Of a stretch of DNA of 64,000 nucleotides, positions 35,471 through 45,861 are shown piece by piece; position 1 is the stretch's first letter, and every line of letters begins with the position of its first letter. A program made the position numbers and the translations under genes. Below the pieces are notes generated by a model that was given only the letters and a program-made list of their open reading frames with translations, had not been told where the DNA came from and did no database searches. Source of the stretch: Diplonema papillatum (lineage: Eukaryota). The stretch is from positions 141,284 through 205,283 of the forward strand of contig JAPJBO010000372.1 in NCBI GenBank assembly GCA_030068145.1. Reading direction: 5' to 3'.

Positions 35471-38400
35471 CTGCTGCCTCCAGTCTCGCCACGCGCCGGC
35501 CTTAGCCGAGCGCACGTACTCAACGTGTTTGTTTTTGTAGTAGCTCACGGCAGCCTTTCCTAGAGTTGAGCACGAGTGGCACGACATGGTTTTGTTCTCT
35601 CGTATCATAGCTAAGAGCAGAAAGAGATCCAGCGGGCATCGCAGTGCTACTGAACAGGAAAATAATCTTTAAGAGCAAGCAATGGAGACAACACGGACAG
35701 ATTGCACCAGAGACAGGAAGTGCAACAAAATCGAAAAGCAACAGACAGTACTGCAATCCCGGTCGTCAGAACACAAAAGAACTCTCGAAGGAAAAATCTC
35801 ATCTTTGCGTACGCAGAGGTGTGAGACCTCCTAAACGTTTTGAATGCTCTCGTGACGCCTACGCCAACGTACCCGAGTCAGTAGAGTGTTGTCCCTGAGG
35901 ATGAGCTGCCGGCCGGGTCAGACGACACCATCTGCCGCAGGTTCAGCAATTGCTGGGCATGCAATGGCGAAAAAATTGAACGGCCCACTCAACGAAGCAA
36001 TGAACGAATCAATAAATAATGGGTCATGATGCAATGTTCTTTCGGAACAGGGGAATGCAGAGGGATGCGCACTCTTCACGAAGAAAGCTGAGCTTTCTCA
36101 CCCAAGCCAACCTCTTTCTCAATACGACGTTTTCCCTCTCACCAATCCTGGGTTCTATTTTTTGCAGACAGCTCTGTGAAGTTGTAGCTTTGCGAGGCCC
36201 CGGCAAGCTTGCAAAGTCAAGCAGGGCTGTACCCCTCTGCCGCATCGTGAACAGTAGGTTTGTTCTGGTTGGTGCCTCTCACCTCTGCCCTTCCCGGATT
36301 TCTCCCTTTATGATGCTTTGTTTTTTTTGTCCCATTCGAGCCAACTCTACCCAGCGGAAGTCGGCAAGGAACTCCATTACATAAGGGCGACCGTAGATTG
36401 CAAAGACGTTGTATAAACTGTGTAAATGATTCCATGATGAGGAGATCAAGTCGTTCTGGCCGAGAAGAAATCTAAGCTGCCGGTCAGAACTAGTGTTGAC
36501 AGTGGTTCAAAAACAGAGAACACATGACGCTTTCATTGCATGTTGTCGCCTCTATTCGCGACAGGTGAAACATCCGCATAGATTCACGGCTTTCAAGATC
36601 TCTGCGCCACCTTGTACTTCAGGTGGAACCGTGCTTTCAAGAGTATGCAAGACCGTGAGAGGAACTGCACACAGCTAAGACCGGGGGGGAAACACGAAAT
36701 GCTGCAGGATCGTGAAAACCCAGGTTTAGTTGTCGTTTCGGAGAACCAGCTGACTCGTTCACTCTGGCCGCTTTGCCAAAACACATCTCATGCAGTGATC
36801 TCTTCTCCCCGCCAACAAGAAAGAGAACAATCAAAACGAAAAATGGCGAATCTGACTGTCATCCACTTGAAGACGAACCAGTACACTCACATACTTGTAT
36901 GTCTCCTCAGTTGAATCGAGCGTGGTAGTCTTTCGATGGACTAGAGACACAGCATCAATACGAGATGCCAACCCGAGGCTGGTTATTATTGAAGGATGTC
37001 ACTTAGCCCGGAGGCCTCCAGGGCTTGGCGCCTCTCGAGGCTGGGGCACTAGGCGAAGCTTTGAGGGCTGAGGGCTAAGGTTGTGCCTGGGCCGAGGCAG
37101 CACAGATCGCCCGGACAAGGCTCGAACATGAAACCAACCGGTCGTTAGGCCATGTTTTCGCATCGAAGACCCCTGTGAGAGCGTGTATCGTGCACGAGGT
37201 TTTTGTTCCGACTGAGCATGCCACCCGCATTATTGTCAGACAGGCCGCCCCAGCCAAACTCCACCTAGTGCATCTCGAATCGGGCGGTGCGATATCACAA
37301 GCATCACCCTACCATAAAAAACCTTGAGTACAGTCATCCGGGCTCCACAACTCCAGCTCTCAGCCCAGGCTGGTCACCTTTAGTTGTCTAGCAGGGTGAA
37401 GTCTTCTGCCGACTCTACCAGTCCCAAAACGATTGGTCTGCAAACCCGCCAGCGCCTGCCACATCCGGAGTGAATCCGTGTTCTCTTACTTTGTTTTGGA
37501 GGGGTTAGTTTAGAAGCGTGATGAGTAGAGCTCTCCCGCATTAGTGCGAAAGGGGAGACTCTTAAGGGGGGGTGCGAAACGGGAGGTCCTTCCATGTGGC
37601 AGATGTCAACTTGCTACCAGCAGAAATTCAACAAAGTACGTGCGCTCGGCTAAAGACCGGCGCGGGGCGAGACTGGAAGCAGCAGTTAAAGTTCGGGAAA
37701 CAGTAAAGTTCGGGCGAAGCTAAGTTCGGGCGATGCTAAGTTCTGGTGAAGCTCAGTTCGCTAAGTTCAGCGATGCTAAGTTCGGGCGAAGCAAAGGTCG
37801 GGCGATTCTGGTGAAGCTCAGTTCGACAATGCTAAGTTCGAGTGATGCTAAGTTCGGGCGAAGCAAAGTTCGGGCGAAGGGGAAGTTCGGGCGAAGCAAA
37901 GTTTGGGCTCTGAGATGCTGAGTTCGGCGTGTGGTAGCGCAAGTTTGGCCTGTGATGGCAAGTTCGGCCCCAGTACCCGGGGGGGGTGACCCCCCCGGAC
38001 CCCCCCCGACTCCGTTTCCCGGGGTGACCCAAGTACCGCGAGATACTGAGAAACTCCGCAAAAAACGCTAATATCGGGCCCCTGGAACGCAACTAACCTC
38101 GAAAACAATCTTCGACCGGAAAAGTGTGATGGGTGGGGTGCGAACCCGGGCCTACCAGCCTAAAGGCCGACGCCCGCTCACTCTGCCACCCCCCCCCCCC
38201 CCCCCCCTTCAAACCCAAGAAACATTTTCCCCCCCGGGTACTGGCGCTAAACTTGCTACCACACGCCGAACTCAGCGTCACCAGAACCCGAACACAACTT
38301 GCTTCGCCCCAACTTTGCTGTGTTTTTCTTGTCGTATAGGATCGAAGATCTTAGAAGATTTATACCTATTCCGACGAGAACTAACACTTGTTCAAAGGTT

Positions 38401-38640
38401 ATTACCCCGTCGCTCCCGAGAAAAACACCGTAATTTTACCCCTCGCTTGAAGAAGAAGTTCGTGGCATACACAAGAGAATCTTTGCATGACCTTTCTACG
38501 TTTGTTACGCACCATCAATCTGGCATCACACACCAGCAAGGACGAGAGCAGCGTATGGAGCAGCGAGACGGGCGAGGAGGAGAGTATCACCAGACAATGC
38601 CTGCATTGGGGCTCGACAAAGAAAGAAAGGGGAAAGACAC

Positions 38641-40760
38641 CATAGATGGCCGTTATATAACGTTATATAACGTTATATAACGTTATTCCCGGAGTTATTT
38701 GTTACCCCCCCCCTAAATCCAGAAAAACCGTTATTGACCGTTATAAAACCGTTATTTGCCATTTTTGGTAAAAATAACGTTATTTGACCGTTATAACGTT
38801 ATATAACGTTATATAACGTTATAATAACGGTATAATAACGTTATATAACGTTATAATAACGTTATATAACGTTATAATAACGTTATATAACGTTATATAA
38901 CGTTATATAACGGTTTTTTACCAATCCATGGGAGGTCACACTGTCCTCCAGATTTTGGTCATTTTTGGCCATTTTTGCCACATTTTCCAGATTTTGGCCA
39001 ATTTTGGTTATTTTTGCCAATTTTTCCAGATTTTGGTCAATGTTGACCAGTTTTGCCGTGTTTTCCAGATTTTGGCCCATTTTGGCCGTTTTTACCGATT
39101 TGGCCAGGATTGGCCATTTTTGCCATGTTTTTCAAAAATTTGGCTATTTTTGCCGATTTTTCCAGGTTTTGGTCATTTTTGGCCAGTTTTGCCATGTTTT
39201 CCAGACTTTGCCCATTTTGGCCGTTTTTGCCGATTTTTCCAGGGTTTTGGTCATTTATGCCCTGCCCCTCACCAGAGCTATTCTTGTCTGAGTTTCTTAA
39301 ACCCGCACAAGCTCGAACAGGCAGTCCGTGCGCGGAAAAAAAAAAAGGTCGAAAGACACCAATCTGTACACCCATTCGGGATCGTCGGAAACACAAAAAC
39401 ACGTGTACCGCCCCACCCGCTTCGATTTCAGCCACACTAGTCTTTCCAAAGGGAATATCGACTATGCCTGCGAAAAGCTCCCCGAAGGTCCAGCCGAAGC
39501 CGAAGGTTCAACCTAAAGCTCAGCCGAAAGCTCAGCCGAAGACCCCAGGTACACAGCGCAAACGGCCTCGCGCCGAAAGTACGGATAGCAACAGCAGCAG
39601 CAGCAGCGCCTCGGTTGCAAAGGCGCGACGCGGAAGGAAGAAGGTGGCGGAAACGCTGCGCGTCGAGGCCTTGTCCCGCGACCTGGCATTGACTGGCCCC
39701 AGCGTTCTCCCTGTCACGAAACCACCAAGTAAGAGCCCGGAACAACGATTCATCGACCGGATCAAGAAAACCGACCCCGGGCTGGCTGGGTTCTACGGGA
39801 AGCGCCAGCTGTGACTGCTCGACTTTGCATGTCTCGTGCTCATCATGCACCCATATTTGGTACTGGGACCTTGTCTGACTGGCATAGTACGCAACGGTCT
39901 GCCGAGTGGACAAGCTTGGACAAGTTGGACTCCAGTGGCCGGATCATGCTGGTGACATCTGCTGCCTCACGAAGGACACTGCAAACGACCGTTACGGGCC
40001 ACCGACTGAGGGACACGCGCCGGAAACCCAAAACTGCAGACATCCACATCCCAAGAACAACATCGCACAGTGAAAGAGTCATGTGAATCCGGAAGGATCG
40101 CGTTTGTCGCGCTTGGGTGGAAGTCCGCAAGAAAATAAGTAAAAGAGAAAAAGCTCTGGGGAGGGGCTATACGGACCCCTGAGGACCGGTTACTACGAAT
40201 TCTTTTCGGACCAGGGTTTGTTTCCGAACAGTTTTTGTGACCGGGATCCAAAAATCGGCAAAAGTCTGGAAAAATTGGCAAAAATGGCCGAAATTGACCA
40301 AAATCTGGAAAATCGGGAAATCTGGAAAAATCGGAAAAAATGGCCGAAATTGACTGATCTGGATAAATCGGCCAGAGTGGCCAAAATCTCAAAATTGTCC
40401 AAAATCTTGAAAAATCGGCAAAAATGGCCGAAATCTGGAAAAATCGGCAAAGATTGCCGAAATCTGGAAAAAATCGGCAAAATGGCCAAAACCTGAAAAA
40501 ATCGGCAAAAGTCTGGAAAAATTGGCTAAGATTGACCAAAATCTGGCAAAAATGGCCAAAATCGGAAAAAATGGCCGAAATGGACCAAAATGAGGAAAAA
40601 ATGACAAAAATCTGGAAACATGGCCAAAATCGGAAAAATTCTAAAAACCGTTATTTGCGTTATTTTTTCCGTTATTTTGCGTTTTCGACCGTTATTTAAC
40701 GTTATATAACGTTATATAACGTTATCACCGTTATAACGTTATATAACGTTATATAACGTT
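38641..40760. repeat. Palindromic satellite domain: outer arrays of the self-complementary 10-mer ACGTTATATA (38641-38920; 40690-40760) and inner arrays of phased T-tract repeats about 10.5 bp apart (T-rich strand 38960-39290; A-rich strand 40230-40650)
   Basis: Left arm: cgttatataacgttatataacg... then ttttggccatttttgccacattttccagattttggccaattttgg.... Right arm is its reverse complement (aaaatcggcaaaaatggccgaaatctggaaaaa... then ...aacgttatataacgttatataacg). The unique centre at 39300-40190 holds the basic ORF below. The track ORFs 38928-39440, 38965-39291, 39967-40539, 40193-40489 and similar are satellite translations. Confidence 0.75.
39464..39814 (+). CDS. Small basic K/P-rich protein (116 aa) with PKxQ repeats, KRPR and RRGRKK AT-hook/NLS-like motifs; a hypothetical linker-histone/HMG-like nuclear protein
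   Basis: ATG at 39464 (ctATGcctgcgaaaagc), stop tga at 39812-39814. Sequence: MPAKSSPKVQPKPKVQPKAQPKAQPKTPGTQRKRPRAESTDSNSSSSSASVAKARRGRKKVAETLRVEALSRDLALTGPSVLPVTKPPSKSPEQRFIDRIKKTDPGLAGFYGKRQL. It sits exactly at the centre of the palindromic satellite. Composition is non-repetitive apart from the (A/V)QPK repeats. Confidence 0.35.
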   Translation: MPAKSSPKVQPKPKVQPKAQPKAQPKTPGTQRKRPRAESTDSNSSSSSASVAKARRGRKKVAETLRVEALSRDLALTGPSVLPVTKPPSKSPEQRFIDRIKKTDPGLAGFYGKRQL

Positions 40761-40779
40761 ATCAACCGGCCATCTATGA

Positions 40780-41235
40780 GACACACTATTCAAACATCAC
40801 CCATGCATTCAAGTCAAGAATTTCAACACCAGGCCCACCCGGGCTCCCCCGACAAACCCGCATGTCAAGTTCGGTATGTGGTGGCAAGGTCGACACCAGT
40901 ACCCAGGGGGGGACCCCCATCCCCGGGAAGTTTGGCACTCGTACCCTCCGGGGGCCGGCGGGGCGACCCAAATACCACGAGATTATGAGAAACTCCGCAA
41001 AGAAACGCAAATTTCGGGCACATTAGACCCCCGAAACGCAACAAACCTCGAAAACAATTTTCGACCGGAAAAGTGTGATGGGCGGGCCGAAGCCAGCTCA
41101 CGTATACTTTTGGGCAGGGGGGAAAAAAGCTAGCTCCGCGCTCGTATCCAGTCCAAAAGCTCGCAACACTAAAAGCCGGGTTGACTCGAATAGAGGCTAT
41201 TCACATTGCATGTTCATAGGACCTCCAGTCTCGAA
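40780..41235 (-). repeat. Third, inverted copy of the SINE-head/minisatellite/X-box module, abutting MVP copy 2
   Basis: 40990-41100 is the reverse complement of 34695-34990 (ctcgaaaacaattttcgaccggaaaagtgtgatgggcggg...). 41165-41232 (aaaagccgggttgactcgaatagaggctattcacattgcatgttcataggacctccagtctcgaaaa) is the reverse complement of 34553-34620, which lies immediately 3' of MVP copy 1. Confidence 0.55.
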
Positions 41236-41255
41236 AAATATTTGGAACAACACAG

Positions 41256-44200
41256 GACAACAATGCATCCGCCACCATTTTGAGAGTCGGGCCTCTCACT
41301 TACACGAAGAGCGAACACGAACACGTATGTTTAGGCTCGTTCGTCTTTCACTGTTGCCCACACGCACCATCGGCAAAACCCCTGCAAGAACGAAATCAAC
41401 GGGGCATCTTCAAGTGTTGTGACTGACTGCCCCACAGTTGGAAAACAAGATCTTGGTTGTTGTCAGACTCCCCCCCTAGGCATACATTCTGGAGGGAGTC
41501 TGACAGCAAGGCAAGACCTTTCTTGCTGTCGTTGGGAAATTTGAAACCTGGGTTTAGCTGACCTCATTATCCTAAAAAAGTGCGCCGTCACTCTTCTTGC
41601 AAACCAACCTCTCCTCACAGATCCTCTGCGAACCGAAAGCTTTTGTGGTTGTCCCTCCGAGACACTATTGCACGGTTGAGAATCCTGTTCAGCGGAAGGA
41701 CGATGGAACTCCGGTTCTCGACAGCGAGGGGTATGCCAAAAGTTACCTGTTGCATCACAGGCCTGCACTTCACAGATTTCCTCATCAGGAAATAACATTC
41801 ATCGATAATTTTAGGTTTCCAGGTTGACCCTCAACGGGTTTCCAACCATTCTTTGCCTGCAGAAAGCTGCGACGGAAGACCAGTTTCTAACATAATGCAG
41901 ATCATCATCAAAAAGTCTCCAAACGGCGAAACGCCTTCCGACGAATCATGCCTGCGGTCTCACTAGGTTGTCCTGTTGCGCAGCGTTCTCTTTTGCTCAG
42001 TTACATACCATACCCAAACCATTTACACACCACCAATGCAGGCAAGCTGTCGTTCAGCTTGGCGACAGCGAGATTCGAATGGATTGTGCACCATTCCCGC
42101 TGTACCCTGGCGAACAGCTCAGCAAGGCAGTGCCACTTCCACTGCAGGTTTTGCCTCCGAACATGGCCAACCGAGTCAGGGCAACGAGGAACTTTGACGA
42201 CAAGGTATGCCTGCTGTTTCACAGCCCGAGACCCGACCCAATAGCTGCGGCCAGCGCTTCGCGGAAGAAATAGGCGTTTTCAGACGTCTACGCTGAAGCT
42301 TTCCGCTCAGTCGTACATGACATCGCTGCACCCTATTTCGTGGTGTTCCGGCGGGGAAAAGAACGTTGGGCCAAGAACCGAAAAGTCGGCTTCCACTACG
42401 ACCTTGAGCTTTCGGTGGGTAGAGGTTCCACGGGGGCCACCGTGGACCCTAAGAACGTGAAACGTATCCCGTATAATGATCCCAAGCGCCGCGTATCAAC
42501 TAGGATACGCGACGGTGGAGAACCTGACGCGACTCCTGTCCAACAAGCGCAACGCTTCAGCGGCGTTGCTGCTCGTCACTGCTGCTTGGGGCGGGGTACT
42601 GCCGAGACACCAGGCCTGCATCACCCGTTGTTGGTTGAAAAGATCCCTCCGTTCTTCCCTCTTTCCTATGTGCTTCCGAACCTTTACGTGTCATACCCTC
42701 ACCAACAGCTTGCCGACGAGACGGTTGTAAAGAGGATTGCCGGCGATGAGTGGCTGGTTGAGGGCCCGTGCACGTACTACCCTCACGTGTGCAAGGAAGT
42801 CGTGCAGACAGTGAAGGCGAACTTCATCGGGAAGAACGAGGCGTTGAAGCTTCGCGCTGTCAACAAGTTCGTGGATCGGACGGGGACTGAGCGGAAAGTC
42901 GGGAGCGAGTGGCTGTGGGCAGAGTTTGGACCTTACATGCCGTCTGTGGACGAGATGGTGGTCGAGGTTGTGAAGGCGAACATTCTGTCTGAGATGAAAG
43001 CGATCCATGTGCACTGCTTGTACGCGTTCACCGACTGCTTTGGGCAGGAGAGAAGGGCAGGGGACCAGTGGTTGGTGACAAACAAGGACACCGAGACCTA
43101 CATTCCGACACCGAACGAGACAGTGTCGAAGGAAGTACCGCTGTGTGTGTTGAACAAGAAGCAGTACTGCATTGTGGTTGACCCTTACGACTCCAAGACG
43201 AAGATGAACCAGCTGAGCGTGCGGAAGCTTATCAAAGGCCCCAGCCGATTCTTCCTGCACCCTGGAGAGAAGCTGGAAGGAGGGTGTGCTAAGGACGTGT
43301 ATGTGATGATGGCCGACGAGGCGCTTCTTCTAGAGGCGAGCGAAACATTCACCGACGAGAACGGTGTTGCACGCGAGGCGGGAGACCTGTGGATGATCAA
43401 CGGGCCGTGCGAGTACATCCCCCCTGTGCAAGTTGTTGTGGTTGAAAAGAGGACAGCCATGGCCATGCACGAGTACGAGGGTGTGTACGTGAGAGATCTG
43501 AAGACTGGTGTTGTGCGCTCACAGATGGGCCCGTGCAGCTACATGTTGCAGGCTGGGGAGGAGTTGTGGGAAAAGGAACTGTCGCAGGAGGTGGAAGGCC
43601 TGCTGGGCAAGATCACTGAAGGCTCCACCCGAGGCACGTGGAGCACAAAGGCTGGCTCGAGCACGCGAGACAGAACGCGAGTCATTGTGTACTCGGTGCC
43701 GCACAACTCTGTGTGCCAGATCTTCGACTACAAGACGAAGACATCGCGCTGCATCTGCGGTCCTGACATGGTCAGTTTGAACCCTGACGAAGAATTCACT
43801 GTCATTTCGCTGTCAGGCGGAAAGCCCAAGGTTTGTATTTGTCCACTGTATCATGGGGTCATCAAACGGTGAAGTGGGTTCTTTCTGTTTGCATGAGGAC
43901 ACGCAGGTGCACATCACAATTGTCGGAATTGCTGAACTCTTGGTCTTCTTGCACTGTGTTGTCAAACATTTCGAAGTATGCCAAGTACCATGTATGCACG
44001 CAATGCAAATCCCTCAGGTTGCCGGGCGGATCAAGTGTCTTTCGCTGTTCTTGGGACCCGACTTCATGACTGACAACATCAAGGTGGAGACAGCGGACCA
44101 CGCCAGGTTGGAACTGCAGCTATCGTACAGCTGGCGTTTTGCAGTGGACCCGAAAGATAAGACGGCGGTGCGGAAGGTGTTCAGCGTTCCGGACTTCGTG

Positions 44201-45226
44201 GGAGACAGCTGCAAGGCGATTGCAAGCAAGATCAGAGGCTGCTGTGCAGGTGTCACATTCGACAACTTCCACAAGAACTCATCGTCTATCATTCGATACG
44301 CTGTTTTCGGGTCGAAGGATGCGTGGATCTCGGGTGGGCGTCCTCTGTCCGTCGGAGATGTCATCGTGACGGCAGACGGGAAGAAGGAGAAGGTGACCAA
44401 AATCGACAAGATGGAGGTGACAGCAGATTCTGGACCGGTGGCAGACCCGACGACGCTGGCGACAGCAGATGGGAACGAGATCAAGCGGGGCAAGTGGCCG
44501 CACGAGGCTTTGCACTTCAACAACGGGTTGGTGATTTCGAACGTCGACATCCAGAGCATGGAACCTGTGGACCAGAAGACAAAGGACAGCTTGATCAAGT
44601 CGGTGCAGCTTGCCATCCACATCACGACGCAGAGCCAAGAGGCGGCGGCGAAGCACAAGGCTACAGAAGAGGAGCAAAAGGCACGTGGTGAGCTTGAGTC
44701 GCAGCTGATCAAGGACAAGGCAATGTCAGAAAGGGAACGCATGAAGCTTCTTCGACTCAAGGCAGAGTCGCAGACCATCGAGACGTCGGGGGCCCAACGC
44801 GCGGAAGCTCAAGCAGCCGCTGAGGCAGCGCGTGTTGAAGCTAAGTCGCTTGTGGAGCTGGCCAGGATGAAGGCAGAGGCGCAAAAGATTCAATCCCAGA
44901 TGGACGTCGATCTCGACAATGCCCGCTGCAGCGAAGAACTGAGACACCAGGAATCGATGAATTCCTTAGAAGTCGACAAGGCCCAGTTCTTGGCACGTAT
45001 CGAGGCAGACAAGTTCAAGAAGACGGTCGGATCCATTGGCAAAGACACCATCCAGGCGATCGCTCGTGCAGGACCCGAGAACCAAGTCAGACTTCTCAAG
45101 GCGCTCAACCTGCAAGGCTACATGGTCACAGATGGGTCTTCTCCCATCAACCTGTTCAACGCTGCTCAGGGCATGACAGGCCAGATGGCAAACCAGGCTA
45201 ACGCAATCGTTGCTGGCGCTCAGTAA
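41256..45226 (+). CDS. MVP: Major vault protein, copy 2 (tandem paralog); exons 41256-41324, 41621-41730, 42042-42204, 42709-43830, 44018-45226
   Basis: Exon structure is identical to copy 1. Exons 2-4 are about 90-97% identical to copy 1 with diverged introns. From 15 bp upstream of the exon-5 acceptor to the stop codon (42694-45221 versus 31624-34151, offset exactly 11070 bp) the two copies are identical at every position I compared, including intron 5. The final codon differs (cag taa versus cac tag; Q versus H) and downstream sequence is unrelated. Track ORF 42340-43872 reads through intron 4 and is not the true CDS. Confidence 0.85.
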
Positions 45227-45861
45227 ATGGGATAGCCACAGTAAGTTCGGCCTCGAGTTGCATATGTACACACACAATCAAGTATAATAATACTGTTGCC
45301 TAAAGGCAAACGCAGGTGTGTAAGAGTTTCGATTCAGTCCTGAAACTGTCTGACATACCTGGATCGGCTAGCGTTCGATCTGCCCCAATACGGGAATCAA
45401 CCAAAGATTAAAATCTTCCGTTCTGTCTTTCTTCTCTTTTTTTTTGCCACCCCGAGGGCCGTTGCTCTTGGGGGTTCATTCTATATTTTCCCGGTCTGCA
45501 CTACAGCAATTCGCAGAACTTCCCTCTCTTTGCTCCAACCGACTTTCAGCTTCCTCTCTTTCTGAGAGTAGCATATGGGGCCATCGCTCCGGAATCGTTA
45601 GTCTTTTCTTTTTTTCCCCCCGGAAGTAGCAGCAAGGTGTTATCCTACAAGTGTGGGTGTGCCGGTGGAGCTCGATCCTCGCATTTAGCAACTGCACAGA
45701 GGACAAATTGGATGTTGAGCAAATTAGTAGCGTTTTGCACCGGTGGTGCCGTATTACCTGCATCTGCAGGATGTAACTTCGCGCAATGAAAAATAAAGCC
45801 CCATCAAATGCTAAAGGCCGCCGCTGTAGTACGGGAAACAAACTGCCCAGAGAGGTAGTTT

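Larger units (their letters stand above)
34553..38175. mobile_element. Foldback-like composite: inverted arms (34553-35520 plus, 37640-38175 minus) around a 2.1-kb unique core; each arm is a tRNA-like SINE head plus a 21-22-bp minisatellite
   Basis: The reverse complement of 35280-35520 (agtacgtgcgctcggctaaggccggcgcg...gcagttaaagttcgggg...) matches 37630-37760 (agtacgtgcgctcggctaaagaccggcgcgggg...gcagttaaagttcggga...). Outer ends are the tRNA-like heads at 34690-34765 (+) and 38110-38175 (-). The core at 35520-37630 has only weak ORFs. Confidence 0.55.

Noticed and set aside
38928-39440. ORFs of 170, 108, 132 and 190 aa with F/L/I-rich or K/N-rich periodic peptides (also 39967-40539)
   Set aside because: They are translations of the phased T-tract / A-tract satellite.
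38641-40760. CRISPR-like array (regular short repeats)
   Set aside because: The context is eukaryotic. The repeats are contiguous tandem satellites without unique spacers, and the two arms are reverse complements of each other.
42340-43872. 510-aa plus ORF starting upstream of MVP2 exon 5
   Set aside because: It is an in-frame read-through of intron 4 into exon 5. The N-terminal 120 aa have no counterpart in copy 1, and the true acceptor is at 42709.
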